NCBI RefSeq assembly: GCF_002854065.1
Contig: NZ_CP024147.1
Reading direction: 5' to 3' (one strand)
Length of the DNA stretch: 64,000 bases
DNA from: Escherichia coli
GTDB lineage: Bacteria > Pseudomonadota > Gammaproteobacteria > Enterobacterales > Enterobacteriaceae
The notes beneath the pieces are model-generated. The model was not told where the DNA came from. It saw nothing but the letters and a program-made list of their open reading frames with translations, and did not search any database. Shown in pieces: positions 32,048 to 47,765 of this stretch. A program made the translations under genes and the position numbers. The stretch's first letter is position 1. Each line of letters starts with the position of its first letter.

Positions 32048-33697
32048 ATGAAAAACATCAATCCAACGCAGACCGCTGCCTGGCAGGCACTACAGAAACA
32101 CTTCGATGAAATGAAAGACGTTACGATCGCCGATCTTTTTGCTAAAGATGGCGATCGTTTTTCTAAGTTCTCCGCAACCTTCGACGATCAGATGCTGGTG
32201 GATTACTCCAAAAACCGCATCACTGAAGAGACGCTGGCGAAATTACAAGATCTGGCGAAAGAGTGCGATCTGGCGGGCGCGATTAAGTCGATGTTCTCTG
32301 GCGAGAAGATCAACCGCACTGAAAACCGCGCCGTGCTGCACGTAGCGCTGCGTAATCGTAGCAATACCCCGATTCTGGTTGATGGCAAAGATGTTATGCC
32401 AGAAGTCAACGCGGTGCTGGAGAAGATGAAAACCTTCTCGGAAGCGATTATCTCCGGTGAGTGGAAGGGTTATACCGGCAAAGCAATCACCGACGTGGTG
32501 AACATCGGGATCGGCGGTTCTGACCTCGGCCCATACATGGTGACCGAAGCACTGCGTCCGTACAAAAATCACCTGAACATGCACTTTGTTTCTAACGTCG
32601 ATGGGACTCACATCGCTGAAGTGCTGAAAAAAGTAAACCCGGAAACCACGCTGTTCCTGGTAGCATCTAAAACCTTCACCACTCAGGAAACCATGACCAA
32701 CGCCCATAGCGCGCGTGACTGGTTCCTGAAAGCGGCAGGTGATGAAAAACACGTTGCGAAACACTTTGCGGCGCTCTCCACCAATGCCAAAGCCGTTGGC
32801 GAGTTTGGTATTGATACTGCCAACATGTTCGAGTTCTGGGACTGGGTCGGCGGTCGTTACTCTTTGTGGTCAGCGATTGGCCTGTCGATTGTTCTCTCCA
32901 TCGGCTTTGATAACTTCGTTGAACTGCTTTCTGGCGCACACGCGATGGACAAGCATTTCTCCACCACGCCTGCCGAGAAAAACCTGCCTGTACTGCTGGC
33001 GCTGATTGGCATCTGGTACAACAATTTCTTTGGTGCGGAAACTGAAGCGATTCTGCCGTATGACCAGTATATGCACCGTTTCGCGGCGTACTTCCAGCAG
33101 GGCAATATGGAGTCCAACGGTAAGTATGTTGACCGTAACGGTAACGTTGTGGATTACCAGACTGGCCCGATTATCTGGGGTGAACCAGGCACTAACGGTC
33201 AGCACGCGTTCTACCAGCTGATCCACCAGGGAACCAAAATGGTACCGTGCGATTTCATCGCCCCAGCTATCACCCATAACCCGCTCTCTGATCACCACCA
33301 GAAACTGCTGTCTAACTTCTTCGCCCAGACCGAAGCGCTGGCGTTTGGTAAATCCCGCGAAGTGGTTGAGCAGGAATATCGCGATCAGGGTAAAGATCCG
33401 GCAACGCTTGACTACGTGGTGCCGTTCAAAGTGTTCGAAGGTAACCGCCCGACCAACTCCATCCTGCTGCGTGAAATCACTCCGTTCAGCCTGGGTGCGT
33501 TGATTGCGCTGTATGAGCACAAAATCTTTACTCAGGGCGTGATCCTGAACATCTTCACCTTCGACCAGTGGGGCGTGGAACTGGGTAAACAGCTGGCGAA
33601 CCGTATTCTGCCAGAGCTGAAAGATGATAAAGAAATCAGCAGCCACGATAGCTCGACCAATGGTCTGATTAACCGCTATAAAGCGTGGCGCGGTTAA
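32048..33697 (+). CDS. pgi: Glucose-6-phosphate isomerase
   Basis: ORF 32042..33697; known start [19 protein letters not shown]; 549 aa. Confidence 0.95.
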
Positions 33698-33708
33698 TCA
33701 TCGTTCAT

Positions 33709-33803
<95 letters not shown>

Positions 33804-34209
33804 GTCGATGCCGATATGTACATCGTATTCGGCAATTAATGCATAGCACGATTAATTAAATAACCTTAAAAACAATGCCGACTATAAGTCGGCATTGTTT
33901 TATCAGATAAATCCCCTTGTCTGTGATTTAACGGAAATCATACCGTGAGGTTAATCCTAAAATAGATTTTTAATCGTGATTGATTTCGGAAAATACTCAG
34001 ATTAATTACTTTTACTTTTATTTTAACACTATGATTTTTAATGTTATTTATATATAAGTTGTAGCTTATATTTGATATTCATTCCAATTATCCTAAAACC
34101 CCATCTCTAATTCCCCGCGCCGTAATTCGCATGCTTTAGTTGTGTATACTCGATCCCGCCCGAAATGTTTTTGGGTAAATCTCCATTCATTCAATGAAGG
34201 GAAATTGTT

Positions 34210-34452
34210 ATGAAAAAAGTTCTGTATGGCATTTTTGCCATATCTGCGCTTGCGGCGACTTCTGCGTGGGCTGCACCTGTACAGGTGGGCGAAGCGGCAG
34301 GGTCGGCAGCAACGTCGGTTTCGGCGGGTAGTTCCTCCGCGACCAGCGTCAGCACCGTAAGCTCGGCGGTGGGTGTCGCGCTCGCGGCAACCGGTGGCGG
34401 TGATGGTTCTAATACCGGGACCACAACAACCACGACCACCAGTACCCAGTAA
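34210..34452 (+). CDS. yjbE: Small secreted Ser/Thr/Ala/Gly-rich protein YjbE
   Basis: 80 aa; signal peptide [21 protein letters not shown] then low-complexity S/A/G/T-rich tail ending [10 protein letters not shown]. Confidence 0.85.
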
Positions 34453-34565
34453 TAAAGTATGTATCCCCAAAATAATTCGAGTCATCGCATCTGTGGCTTG
34501 AAGTATGAAGGGATTTACCATAACCACACTCCGGTGTGGTTATTCTGCCCCTCTGGAGAAGAGTC

Positions 34566-35204
34566 GTGAAGCGACCTGCACTCATTCTTATCTGCCTGCT
34601 ATTACAGGCCTGTTCAGCCACGACTAAAGAGCTGGGCAATTCACTGTGGGACAGTCTGTTCGGTACGCCAGGTGTACAGCTGACGGACGATGATATTCAA
34701 AATATGCCCTACGCCAGCCAGTACATGCAGCTTAATGGCGGGCCGCAGTTGTTTGTGGTGCTGGCCTTCGCTGAAGACGGACAACAAAAATGGGTCACTC
34801 AGGATCAGGCCACTCTCGTCACACAACATGGTCGTCTGGTGAAGACTCTGCTTGGCGGCGACAACCTGATTGAAGTGAATAACCTTGCCGCCGACCCGCT
34901 GATTAAACCCGCACAAATTGTTGATGGTGCAACATGGACGCGCACGATGGGCTGGACCGAGTACCAGCAGGTACGCTACGCCACCGCACGCTCAGTCTTC
35001 AAATGGGATAGCACCGGTACCGTTAAGGTCGGCAGCGATGAAACCGCGGTTCGCGTGCTGGACGAAGAAGTCTCCACCGACCAGGCGCGCTGGCATAACC
35101 GCTATTGGATCGACAGCGAAGGGCAAATTCGCCAGTCGGAACAGTATCTCGGCGCGGATTATTTCCCGGTGAAAACCACCCTCATCAAGGCGGCAAAACA
35201 ATGA
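34566..35204 (+). CDS. yjbF: Lipoprotein YjbF
   Basis: ORF 34536..35204; likely GTG start giving VKRPALILICLLLQACSATT (lipobox LQAC); 212 aa. Confidence 0.82.
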   Translation: MKRPALILICLLLQACSATTKELGNSLWDSLFGTPGVQLTDDDIQNMPYASQYMQLNGGPQLFVVLAFAEDGQQKWVTQDQATLVTQHGRLVKTLLGGDNLIEVNNLAADPLIKPAQIVDGATWTRTMGWTEYQQVRYATARSVFKWDSTGTVKVGSDETAVRVLDEEVSTDQARWHNRYWIDSEGQIRQSEQYLGADYFPVKTTLIKAAKQ

Positions 35205-35938
35205 TCAAACAAACTTTTGTCGCGTTGCTTTTGAGTGTGGGAGCGTCATCGGTCTTCGCGGCAGGAACCGTCAAGGTGTTCAGCAATGGCAGCAGTGAGG
35301 CCAAAACACTAACAGGCGCAGAGCATTTAATCGATCTGGTAGGCCAACCGCGGCTGGCAAACAGCTGGTGGCCCGGTGCGGTGATCAGCGAAGAGCTGGC
35401 AACGGCGGCAGCATTGCGTCAGCAGCAGGCGTTGCTGACACGGCTGGCAGAACTGGCCGCAGACTCCAGCGCTGACGATGCCGCTGCGATTAACGCCTTA
35501 CGCCAGCAAATTCAGGCGTTGAAAGTGACGGGCAGGCAAAAAATCAATCTTGATCCCGATATCGTCCGCGTTGCTGAACGCGCTAACCCGCCGTTGCAGG
35601 GCAACTACACGCTGTGGGTCGGACCACCACCGTCCACGGTCACGTTGTTCGGGCTTATCAGCCGTCCTGGCTATCAGCCATTCACTCCCGGTCGCGACGT
35701 GGCGAGCTATCTCTCCGGGCAAAGTCTGCTTAGCGGTGCGGATCGTAGCTACGCGTGGGTGGTTTACCCGGACGGACGCACACAAAAAGCGCCGGTGGCT
35801 TACTGGAACAAGCGTCACGTAGAGCCGATGCCCGGCAGCATTATTTATGTTGGCCTCGCGGACTCCATCTGGAGTGAGATGCCTGATGCCCTTAACGCCG
35901 ACATTCTTCAGACTCTGACGCAGCGGATACCTCAATAA
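35201..35938 (+). CDS. yjbG: Periplasmic protein YjbG
   Basis: ORF 35105..35938; start [20 protein letters not shown] (signal peptide); ATGA overlap with yjbF. Confidence 0.85.
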   Translation: MIKQTFVALLLSVGASSVFAAGTVKVFSNGSSEAKTLTGAEHLIDLVGQPRLANSWWPGAVISEELATAAALRQQQALLTRLAELAADSSADDAAAINALRQQIQALKVTGRQKINLDPDIVRVAERANPPLQGNYTLWVGPPPSTVTLFGLISRPGYQPFTPGRDVASYLSGQSLLSGADRSYAWVVYPDGRTQKAPVAYWNKRHVEPMPGSIIYVGLADSIWSEMPDALNADILQTLTQRIPQ

Positions 35939-38034
35939 TGAAAAAAAGACATCTGCTTAGCTTACTGGCGCTGGGCATTAGCACAGCTTGCTACGGCGAA
36001 ACATATCCTGCGCCCATTGGTCCGTCGCAGTCGGATTTCGGTGGCGTAGGATTATTACAAACGCCCACCGCGCGTATGGCACGGGAAGGGGAGTTGAGTC
36101 TGAACTATCGCGATAACGATCAGTACCGTTATTACTCAGCTTCAGTGCAACTCTTCCCGTGGCTGGAAACAACGCTGCGCTACACCGACGTGCGCACCCG
36201 GCAGTACAGCAGCGTCGAAGCGTTCTCTGGCGATCAAACGTATAAAGATAAAGCCTTCGATCTCAAACTGCGTTTGTGGGAAGAGAGTTATTGGCTGCCG
36301 CAAGTGGCGGTTGGTGCGCGGGATATCGGCGGTACGGGGCTGTTTGATGCGGAATATCTTGTTGCCAGCAAAGCCTGGGGACCGTTCGATTTTACGCTCG
36401 GCCTGGGCTGGGGATATCTGGGCACCAGCGGTAATGTGAAAAATCCGCTCTGTTCAGCCAGTGATAAATATTGCTATCGCGATAACAGCTACAAACAGGC
36501 GGGATCTATCGACGGTAGCCAGATGTTCCACGGTCCTGCCTCACTGTTTGGCGGCGTGGAATACCAGACGCCCTGGCAACCGCTGCGCCTGAAACTGGAG
36601 TATGAAGGCAATAATTATCAGCAGGATTTTGCCGGTAAGCTGGAGCAAAAAAGTAAGTTTAACGTCGGGGCGATTTATCGCGTTACCGATTGGGCCGACG
36701 TTAACCTTAGCTATGAACGTGGCAACACCTTTATGTTTGGCGTCACGCTGCGCACCAACTTTAACGATCTGCGCCCGTCTTACAACGATAACGCCCGCCC
36801 GCAATATCAACCGCAGCCGCAGGATGCCATTTTGCAGCATTCGGTGGTGGCGAATCAGTTAACGCTGTTGAAATACAATGCCGGACTTGCCGATCCGCAG
36901 ATCCAGGCGAAAGGCGATACGCTGTATGTTACCGGCGAGCAGGTGAAATATCGTGATTCGCGCGAAGGGATCATCCGTGCTAATCGGATCGTGATGAACG
37001 ATCTGCCGGATGGGATCAAGACGATCCGCGTTACGGAAAATCGCCTTAACATGCCACAGGTGACGACGGAAACGGATGTCGCCAGCCTGAAGAATCATCT
37101 CGCCGGAGAGCCGTTGGGCCACGAAACGACGCTGGCGCAAAAACGCGTCGAGCCAGTGGTTCCGCAGTCCACCGAGCAGGGCTGGTATATCGACAAATCG
37201 CGCTTTGATTTCCATATCGATCCGGTGCTGAACCAGTCGGTCGGTGGCCCGGAAAACTTTTACATGTATCAGCTGGGCGTGATGGGAACGGCAGATTTGT
37301 GGCTGACGGACCATCTGCTCACCACCGGCAGCCTGTTTGCAAATCTTGCCAACAACTACGACAAGTTTAACTACACCAATCCGCCGCAGGACTCGCACTT
37401 ACCGCGCGTTCGTACCCATGTGCGCGAGTATGTGCAGAACGATGTCTATGTGAATAACCTGCAAGCCAACTACTTCCAGCATCTGGGCAACGGCTTCTAC
37501 GGTCAGGTCTACGGAGGTTATCTCGAAACCATGTTTGGCGGTGCGGGGGCAGAAGTGTTGTATCGCCCGCTGGACAGCAACTGGGCGTTTGGTCTGGATG
37601 CCAACTACGTTAAACAGCGCGACTGGCGTAGTGCAAAGGATATGATGAAATTCACCGACTACAGCGTGAAAACCGGACATCTGACCGCCTACTGGACGCC
37701 ATCTTTCGCTCAGGATGTGTTAGTTAAAGCCAGCGTCGGGCAGTATCTGGCAGGGGATAAAGGCGGCACGCTGGAGATCGCTAAACGCTTTGACAGCGGC
37801 GTGGTGGTGGGCGGCTATGCCACGATCACCAACGTTTCGAAAGAGGAGTACGGCGAAGGGGACTTCACCAAGGGCGTGTATGTCTCGGTACCGTTGGATC
37901 TCTTCTCGTCTGGCCCGACACGCAGCCGTGCGGCGATTGGCTGGACGCCGCTGACGCGTGACGGTGGTCAGCAACTTGGGCGTAAGTTCCAGTTGTATGA
38001 CATGACCAGCGACCGTAGCGTCAATTTCCGCTAA
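35938..38034 (+). CDS. yjbH: Outer-membrane lipoprotein YjbH
   Basis: 698 aa, signal/lipobox [10 protein letters not shown]; start overlaps yjbG stop (TAATG). Confidence 0.9.
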   Translation: MKKRHLLSLLALGISTACYGETYPAPIGPSQSDFGGVGLLQTPTARMAREGELSLNYRDNDQYRYYSASVQLFPWLETTLRYTDVRTRQYSSVEAFSGDQTYKDKAFDLKLRLWEESYWLPQVAVGARDIGGTGLFDAEYLVASKAWGPFDFTLGLGWGYLGTSGNVKNPLCSASDKYCYRDNSYKQAGSIDGSQMFHGPASLFGGVEYQTPWQPLRLKLEYEGNNYQQDFAGKLEQKSKFNVGAIYRVTDWADVNLSYERGNTFMFGVTLRTNFNDLRPSYNDNARPQYQPQPQDAILQHSVVANQLTLLKYNAGLADPQIQAKGDTLYVTGEQVKYRDSREGIIRANRIVMNDLPDGIKTIRVTENRLNMPQVTTETDVASLKNHLAGEPLGHETTLAQKRVEPVVPQSTEQGWYIDKSRFDFHIDPVLNQSVGGPENFYMYQLGVMGTADLWLTDHLLTTGSLFANLANNYDKFNYTNPPQDSHLPRVRTHVREYVQNDVYVNNLQANYFQHLGNGFYGQVYGGYLETMFGGAGAEVLYRPLDSNWAFGLDANYVKQRDWRSAKDMMKFTDYSVKTGHLTAYWTPSFAQDVLVKASVGQYLAGDKGGTLEIAKRFDSGVVVGGYATITNVSKEEYGEGDFTKGVYVSVPLDLFSSGPTRSRAAIGWTPLTRDGGQQLGRKFQLYDMTSDRSVNFR

Positions 38035-38080
38035 GTCATGGGAAAGGTGCCAGTTTTCGCAATCACTGGCACCCTCATTC

Positions 38081-38359
38081 TTAATGGCCTGTTGAGCCAT
38101 CAGGAACGCAGTTCACCCCCGGTTTGCGATCTGGTGTGTAAAGGCGAAAACATTCTGTCTTCCTGTCCGTCGATATCGGTTGCAGGTCTGGTTGCCTGAG
38201 CGACTGGGCCATCATTGGGCTGGAGACATTGCTTTGCGGTAGGTCGGCTTTATCAGCAGTACCGAGCGGACCAGCATAAGCAGGAAGAACAGAGACTGAT
38301 AACATCAAAGCAGCAAAATAAGGCTTCATTTTTACCACCTTTATCAGGTTATGTTTCAT
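38081..38359 (-). CDS. yjbT: Small secreted protein YjbT
   Basis: 92 aa with N-terminal signal peptide (MKPYFAALMLSVSVLPAYA). Confidence 0.7.
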   Translation of the reverse strand: MKHNLIKVVKMKPYFAALMLSVSVLPAYAGPLGTADKADLPQSNVSSPMMAQSLRQPDLQPISTDRKTECFRLYTPDRKPGVNCVPDGSTGH

Positions 38360-38628
38360 TTGTTCCAGAGGAACATTGTCGATTTTTCGCGCATTGCTGG
38401 TGGCTGGGAATCACCTGAATGGGTGATTTTTGAATTACCGGCTTTGGTGCGGTTTGTCTTGCCGGATGCGCCGCCAGGCGCGGCTTATCCGGCCTACGGG
38501 TAGGTATATCCGGCTTTGGTGGAGGCGCGCTCCAAATCCAGGTTGAACAAAAAATACACAAAAAATATAGATCTCCGTCACATTTTTGCGTTATACAGGA
38601 AGCTCGCCACTGTGAAGGAGGTACTGCT

Positions 38629-39039
38629 ATGACGTCACTCTCTCGTCCGCGCGTGGAGTTTATCTCCACCATTTTGCAGACCGTACTCAATCTTGGCCTG
38701 CTGTGCCTCGGCCTGATTTTGGTTGTCTTCCTCGGCAAAGAAACGGTGCATCTGGCTGATGTGCTGTTCGCGCCAGAACAAACCAGCAAATATGAGCTGG
38801 TAGAAGGACTGGTGGTTTACTTTCTCTATTTCGAATTTATCGCGCTGATTGTGAAGTACTTTCAGTCCGGTTTTCACTTCCCGCTACGTTACTTTGTCTA
38901 TATTGGGATCACCGCCATTGTGCGCTTGATCATCGTCGATCATAAATCGCCACTGGATGTGTTGATCTACTCGGCTGCGATCCTGTTACTGGTGATCACC
39001 CTGTGGCTGTGTAATTCGAAACGGCTGAAGCGGGAGTAA
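38629..39039 (+). CDS. psiE: Phosphate-starvation-inducible inner-membrane protein PsiE
   Basis: 136 aa, four predicted TM helices. Confidence 0.9.
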
Positions 39040-39043
39040 AAAG

Positions 39044-39076
39044 ACAGCACGCCGAACTGGCGCGGCGTGCTGGACA
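39044..39076 (-). terminator. Hairpin between psiE and xylE, probable xylE terminator
   Basis: CAGCACGCCG-N-CGGCGTGCTG stem; T-tract on the minus strand. Confidence 0.6.
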
Positions 39077-39082
39077 GGAAGA

Positions 39083-40558
39083 TTACAGCGTAGCAGTTTG
39101 TTGTGTTTTCTTCGTTTCCGGTTCCCAGAGGGCTTCCAGCTCCTCAAGGGTTTTACCTTTGGTTTCCGGGACAAATTTCCACATAAATAGTGCTGCCAGA
39201 ACGCCCATACACCCGTAAATCCAGTAGGAGAAACCGTTGTGGAAATGGGCCACCAGCCAGGAGTTTTTGTCCATCATCGGGAAGGTCCAGGAGACGAAGT
39301 AGTTCGCCAGCCACTGGGCCGCCACCGCGATTGCCAGCGCTTTACCACGAATGGCATTCGGGAAGATTTCCGACAGCAGAACCCAGCATACCGGACCCCA
39401 GGACATGGCAAAGGCGGCAACATAGAACAGCATCGACAGTAGCGCCACAATACCCGGTGCCTGAGTGTAAAACGCGGTACCGAGGCTAAACATACCGATT
39501 GCCATTCCGAGCGCGCCGATAATTTGCAGTGGCTTACGACCAAATTTATCCACCGTCATAATTGCCAGAACGGTGAAGGTGAGGTTGATAACTCCGACAA
39601 TAATGGTCTGCAAAAGCGCGATATCCGTGCTGGCCCCCAGCGTTTTGAACACTTCCGGCGCGTAGTACAGCACCACATTGATGCCGACAAATTGCTGGAA
39701 GATGGAGAGCATAACGCCGATGACAATCACGCCCACGCCAAACATCAGCAGACGACCACCGGTTTTGCGGCCATGATCCAGAGAGTGTTTAATTTCCTGT
39801 ACTGCCTGAGTTGCAAGCGTGTTGCCCATAATTTTGCGCAGGATACCTTCCGCCTGTTCTTGCTTGCCGCGTGACATCAGCCAGCGAGGACTTTCTGGCA
39901 CGGTATACAGCAGCATTAAGAACAGCAGTGCAGGGATACATTCCGAGGCAAACATATAACGCCAGCCGTCAGTATTCAGCCAGCTGGCATCACCGGAACG
40001 GGCAATAAAATAGTTTACGCAGTAAACTAAAAGTTGCCCGAAAATAATCGCAAACTGGTTAAAAGAGACCAGTTTCCCGCGAATATGAGCTGGAGCCAGT
40101 TCCGCAATATACATTGGCGAGAGCATTGAGGCTAAACCAACGCCAATACCGCCAATAATGCGATAAATAACAAATTCCGGGACATAACCTGCCAGATAAA
40201 CAGGCACTGTGTTGTCCGGGTTTATAGAGGTAAAACCAAGTTCTGGCCAGGCAGAACCTACACCAGAAATAAAAAACAGGACAGCAGCAATCTTAAGTGA
40301 ATCACGACGACCGAAGCGGTTACTGCAATAACCACCGAGGGCACCGCCGATGATGCAACCAATCAGAGCGCTGGCCACGCAAAACCCTAACAGGGAGTTG
40401 GCAGCGGATTCACTTAAGTTTTGTGGAGCAACAAAGACGGTATTGAGTGACTCAACAGTACCGGAAATAACGGCGGTGTCGTAGCCAAATAATAAACCAC
40501 CTAATGTAGCGACTAAGGTAATCGAAAATATATAACTGGAATTATACTGGGTATTCAT
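39083..40558 (-). CDS. xylE: D-xylose:H+ symporter (MFS sugar porter)
   Basis: 491 aa, MNTQYNSSYIFSITLVATLGGLLFGYDTAVISG... Confidence 0.95.
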   Translation of the reverse strand: MNTQYNSSYIFSITLVATLGGLLFGYDTAVISGTVESLNTVFVAPQNLSESAANSLLGFCVASALIGCIIGGALGGYCSNRFGRRDSLKIAAVLFFISGVGSAWPELGFTSINPDNTVPVYLAGYVPEFVIYRIIGGIGVGLASMLSPMYIAELAPAHIRGKLVSFNQFAIIFGQLLVYCVNYFIARSGDASWLNTDGWRYMFASECIPALLFLMLLYTVPESPRWLMSRGKQEQAEGILRKIMGNTLATQAVQEIKHSLDHGRKTGGRLLMFGVGVIVIGVMLSIFQQFVGINVVLYYAPEVFKTLGASTDIALLQTIIVGVINLTFTVLAIMTVDKFGRKPLQIIGALGMAIGMFSLGTAFYTQAPGIVALLSMLFYVAAFAMSWGPVCWVLLSEIFPNAIRGKALAIAVAAQWLANYFVSWTFPMMDKNSWLVAHFHNGFSYWIYGCMGVLAALFMWKFVPETKGKTLEELEALWEPETKKTQQTATL

Positions 40559-40833
40559 TCAGACCTGCCTTAGACCATTCTGATCTTTTATCAGTGCATT
40601 GATGTTGGAATTGTCAGGCAGTTAAGGCAATTATCATTTTTTACAATGCGTTTACGTAATGTCTTTTCTGTGATCTTAATTGTGATAATTATCCAAAATT
40701 GATAAAAACAATACTATTGCCGTGACTCAGAGCACGAAAGAGAATTATCGTAAGTGGGAAAACAAATAACGTAAAAATAATAAGCTCTATGATGGAAATA
40801 TTAACCGGCGAACGATTCAGATTGCAGACGAAA

Positions 40834-40859
40834 GAAAAAAAGGCGCTCCGTGGAGCGCC
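40834..40859 (-). terminator. Rho-independent terminator after malG
   Basis: GGCGCTCC-GTGGAGCGCC hairpin with A7 on plus strand (T-tract on minus). Confidence 0.7.
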
Positions 40860-40929
40860 GAATAACAGTCACAAGTTGGGATAACGTAAGTTGAGGGTGC
40901 AGCGGCATAACATTGGCAGAACAACATCT

Positions 40930-41820
40930 TTAACCTTTCACACCACCTGCCGTCAGGCCGTTGACCAGCCAGCGTTGAGCCAGCAAGAAGACGATGGTGA
41001 TCGGTAATGCAGACATCACGGCAGCGGCGGCAAAGTCACCCCACAGGTAGTTTTGCGGGTTGAGGTATTGCTGCATCCCCACGGCCAGGGTGTAGCTGTT
41101 TACGTCACGCAGTAACAGCGATGCGACCGGAACTTCAGTAATGGCAGCGATAAACGACAGGATGAACACCACCGCCAGAATCGGTACTGACAGCGGCAAC
41201 AGGACAAGGCGGAAGGCCTGCCACGGTGTCGCACCATCCAGCGCCGCCGCTTCTTCCAGCGAACTGTCGATGGTTTCGAAATAGCCTTTGATGGTCCAGA
41301 CATGCAGCGCAATCCCACCCAGATACGCGAAAATTACGCCGCCGTGAGTATTCAGGCCAATGAATGGAATGTACTCACCCAGACGATCAAACAACGCATA
41401 CAACGCGACCAGTGAAAGTACTGCCGGGAACATCTGGAAAATCAGCATTCCTTTCAGCAGCGTCGCTTTGCCTGGAAAGCGCATACGGGCGAAAGCGTAG
41501 GCGCAGGTGGTAGAGAGCGCCACAATGCCAATCGCGGAAATCCCGGCGACCTTTACCGAGTTCCACAGCCACAGCAGTACCGGGAATGGCGGTGGCGTAA
41601 TGCGACCATCAGCCTGTTCAACGCTAAAACCTAACGCCAGTTTCCAGTGATCCCAGGAGATTTGCTCCGGGATCAGGCTACCGGTCGCGAAGTTTCCCTG
41701 ACGCAGCGAGATAGCGACGACCATCAGCAGCGGGAACATAATCGCCGCGATAAAAAGTAGCAGTAGCAGGTGAGTAATAAACAAACGTGCTTTTTGCGAT
41801 TTCGGTTGGACCATTGCCAT
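40930..41820 (-). CDS. malG: Maltose ABC transporter permease MalG
   Basis: 296 aa. Confidence 0.95.
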
Positions 41821-41834
41821 TTTTGTTATCTCCC

Positions 41835-43379
41835 TTAATCAAACTTCATTCGCGTGGCTTTCAGGTTCACTATCGCCAGCGCACCCACCAGCAGGAAGAT
41901 CAGCGTGGCAATTGCTGCTGCCAGACCGAAGTCCTGACCCCCGCCGCCTTCAAAAGCGATGCGGTAGGTGTAGTTAACAAGCAGGTCGGTATAACCGGCT
42001 GGCGTGGTCGTGCCAAGACGATCCGGGCCGCCGTTGGTTAACAGTTGAATCAGCACGAAGTTGTTAAAGTTAAAGGCGAAGCTGGCGATCATCAGCGGCG
42101 TCAGCGGTTTAATCAGCAGCGGCAGCGTAATCTTAAAGAAGTTCTGGAACGGACCTGCACCATCCATTGCTGAGGCTTCATACAAATCGTCCGGAATCGC
42201 TTTCAGCAAGCCCATGCAGAGGATCATCATGTACGGATAGCCCAGCCAGGTATTGACGATAATCAACATCGTTCGGGCGGTGGTCGGATCGCTGAACCAG
42301 GCGGGCTTCACGCCAAACAGCGCGCTCAACATCATGTTGATCTCACCGAAGCTCTGGTTAAACAACCCTTTGAAAATCAAGATTGAAATGAACGATGGCA
42401 CCGCGTAGGGCAGAATCAGCAGGACGCGATAGACCGCTTTGCCGCGCAACGCTTCCCACTGCACCAGACACGCCAGAACCATGCCGACTGCCACCGTTAA
42501 AAAGACAGTGATCAGCGAGAACACCACGGTCCAGACGAAAATGGCGAGGAACGGTTTCTGAATGCCTTCGTCGGTGAAGACGCGAGTAAAGTTTTTCCAG
42601 CCGGTGGTCACGGTGTAACCGGGGCTTAGCTTTTCATCACCCCAGTTGCCGTCGGCGGTAATGGACTGGTAAAAGCCAATTTGGTTATTCGGACGATATT
42701 TCACGCCGCTCTGATTATTCGTCAACGTGCCGTCACCGTCGAGTGTGTAGAGCGGCTGCGTGCCAGAAAACTGGCGCAGGGAGCTCATCATCACTTTGTT
42801 GCCATCCGGCAGAATGGCGGTAATGTCACTCAGCGCCTGACGATTCTGGGTAATCACGCGTAGATTTACGCGTTCGCCTTCGGGCTGGGCGGTCGTTTCT
42901 TTCAGTTGCAGTTTTTGCTCTCCGCCAAATTTAAAAGCGTCGGAGAGGTAATTTTTGCCGGTTTCGCCGTCGCTGAGCGCCAGTTGCCACTCATCGCCCG
43001 CCGGGTAAAGACCAAAGTTATAGGTTTTGCCTGCTTGCCAGGAGCGATCTAACAACACTTCCTGTGCACGTTCAAAAGTCAGCTGGTTAGTGCTGCTGTA
43101 GTTGGTGAAGGCAATGGCGATGGTGCAGACCAGAGGGAAGAGGACGAATAATCCCATTCCAGCCATTCCCGGGTAAACATAGCGCCAGGCGTAGGCTTTA
43201 CGATTGGCGAAAATATACAGCCCCGCTGAACTCAATATCAGCGTGGTAATGGCGAACAGGTATTCCCCTTGTGCGTACATTAAAACAACAAGGTAACCCA
43301 CCAGCAGGCCGAGCAGACCTAACACTGACCATTTCAGCGCGTCGCTTTGCCACCAATGTTTCTTTTTAATGACATCCAT
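41835..43379 (-). CDS. malF: Maltose ABC transporter permease MalF
   Basis: ORF 41835..43394; known start [17 protein letters not shown]; 514 aa. Confidence 0.95.
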   Translation of the reverse strand: MDVIKKKHWWQSDALKWSVLGLLGLLVGYLVVLMYAQGEYLFAITTLILSSAGLYIFANRKAYAWRYVYPGMAGMGLFVLFPLVCTIAIAFTNYSSTNQLTFERAQEVLLDRSWQAGKTYNFGLYPAGDEWQLALSDGETGKNYLSDAFKFGGEQKLQLKETTAQPEGERVNLRVITQNRQALSDITAILPDGNKVMMSSLRQFSGTQPLYTLDGDGTLTNNQSGVKYRPNNQIGFYQSITADGNWGDEKLSPGYTVTTGWKNFTRVFTDEGIQKPFLAIFVWTVVFSLITVFLTVAVGMVLACLVQWEALRGKAVYRVLLILPYAVPSFISILIFKGLFNQSFGEINMMLSALFGVKPAWFSDPTTARTMLIIVNTWLGYPYMMILCMGLLKAIPDDLYEASAMDGAGPFQNFFKITLPLLIKPLTPLMIASFAFNFNNFVLIQLLTNGGPDRLGTTTPAGYTDLLVNYTYRIAFEGGGGQDFGLAAAIATLIFLLVGALAIVNLKATRMKFD

Positions 43380-43410
43380 GGGGTTCTTCCTCATTCCAGG
43401 ACGGATAAGG

Positions 43411-43524
43411 CTTTCACGCCTTATCCGACAACAACTGCCTGATGCGACGCTGACGCGTCTTATCAGGCCTACATACGTTTCGGTTTTGTAGGTCGGACAA
43501 GGCGTTCACGCCGCATCCGGCATT
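43411..43524. repeat. REP/BIME cluster in the malE-malF intergenic region
   Basis: GGATAAGGC...GCCTGATGCGACGCTGACGCGTCTTATCAGGCCTACA...GCCGCATCCGGCA; classic malE-malF REP location. Confidence 0.8.
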
Positions 43525-43532
43525 TCACAGCA

Positions 43533-45087
<1,555 letters not shown>

Positions 45088-46203
45088 ATGGCGAGCGTAC
45101 AGCTGCAAAATGTAACGAAAGCCTGGGGCGAGGTCGTGGTATCGAAAGATATCAATCTCGATATCCATGAAGGTGAATTCGTGGTGTTTGTCGGACCGTC
45201 TGGCTGCGGTAAATCGACTTTACTGCGCATGATTGCCGGGCTTGAGACGATCACCAGCGGCGACTTGTTCATCGGTGAGAAACGGATGAATGACACTCCG
45301 CCAGCAGAACGCGGCGTTGGTATGGTGTTTCAGTCTTACGCGCTCTATCCCCACCTGTCAGTAGCAGAAAACATGTCATTTGGCCTGAAACTGGCTGGCG
45401 CAAAAAAAGAGGTGATTAACCAACGCGTCAACCAGGTGGCGGAAGTGCTGCAACTGGCGCATTTGCTGGATCGCAAACCGAAAGCGCTCTCCGGTGGTCA
45501 GCGTCAGCGCGTGGCGATTGGCCGTACGCTGGTGGCCGAGCCAAGCGTATTTTTGCTCGATGAACCGCTCTCCAACCTCGATGCTGCACTGCGTGTGCAA
45601 ATGCGTATCGAAATCTCCCGTCTGCATAAACGCCTGGGCCGCACAATGATTTACGTCACCCACGATCAGGTCGAAGCGATGACGCTGGCCGACAAAATCG
45701 TGGTACTGGACGCCGGTCGCGTGGCGCAGGTTGGGAAACCGCTTGAGCTGTACCACTATCCGGCAGACCGTTTTGTCGCCGGATTTATCGGTTCGCCAAA
45801 GATGAACTTCCTGCCGGTAAAAGTGACCGCTACCGCAATCGATCAAGTGCAGGTGGAGCTGCCGATGCCAAATCGTCAGCAAGTCTGGCTGCCAGTTGAA
45901 AGCCGTGATGTCCAGGTTGGAGCCAATATGTCGCTGGGTATTCGCCCGGAACATCTACTGCCGAGTGATATCGCTGACGTCATCCTTGAGGGTGAAGTTC
46001 AGGTCGTCGAGCAACTCGGCAACGAAACCCAAATCCATATCCAGATCCCTTCCATTCGTCAAAACCTGGTGTACCGCCAGAACGACGTGGTGTTGGTAGA
46101 AGAAGGTGCCACATTCGCTATCGGCCTGCCGCCAGAGCGTTGCCATCTGTTCCGTGAGGATGGCACTGCATGTCGTCGACTGCATAAGGAGCCGGGCGTT
46201 TAA
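45088..46203 (+). CDS. malK: Maltose ABC transporter ATP-binding protein MalK
   Basis: ORF 44998..46203; known start [13 protein letters not shown]; Walker [10 protein letters not shown] and ABC signature LSGGQRQR. Confidence 0.95.
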   Translation: MASVQLQNVTKAWGEVVVSKDINLDIHEGEFVVFVGPSGCGKSTLLRMIAGLETITSGDLFIGEKRMNDTPPAERGVGMVFQSYALYPHLSVAENMSFGLKLAGAKKEVINQRVNQVAEVLQLAHLLDRKPKALSGGQRQRVAIGRTLVAEPSVFLLDEPLSNLDAALRVQMRIEISRLHKRLGRTMIYVTHDQVEAMTLADKIVVLDAGRVAQVGKPLELYHYPADRFVAGFIGSPKMNFLPVKVTATAIDQVQVELPMPNRQQVWLPVESRDVQVGANMSLGIRPEHLLPSDIADVILEGEVQVVEQLGNETQIHIQIPSIRQNLVYRQNDVVLVEEGATFAIGLPPERCHLFREDGTACRRLHKEPGV

Positions 46204-46244
46204 GCACCCCACAAAACACACAAAGCCTGTCACAGGTGATGTGA

Positions 46245-47615
<1,371 letters not shown>

Positions 47616-47623
47616 TAGCAAAA

Positions 47624-47657
47624 CCTGGGCCGGATAAGGTGCTTGCGCCGCATCCGG
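47624..47657. repeat. REP element after lamB
   Basis: GGGCCGGATAAGGTGCTTGCGCCGCATCCGGCAT. Confidence 0.6.
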
Positions 47658-47765
47658 CATAAAACAGGTTGTCATTATCTGAAAGGGGCGAAAGCCCCTC
47701 TGATTATCGGGTTTAGCGCGCTATTGCCTGGCTACCGCTGAGCTCCAGATTTTGAGGTGAAAACA

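Noticed and set aside
32870-33646. 258-aa minus-strand ORF
   Set aside because: Antisense within pgi.
34191-34439. Antisense ORFs across yjbE (34093..34527, 34191..34439)
   Set aside because: They arise from the low-complexity GC-rich repeat coding for the yjbE S/A/G/T tail; yjbE has the signal peptide and RBS.
36859-37398. 179-aa minus-strand ORF
   Set aside because: Antisense within yjbH.
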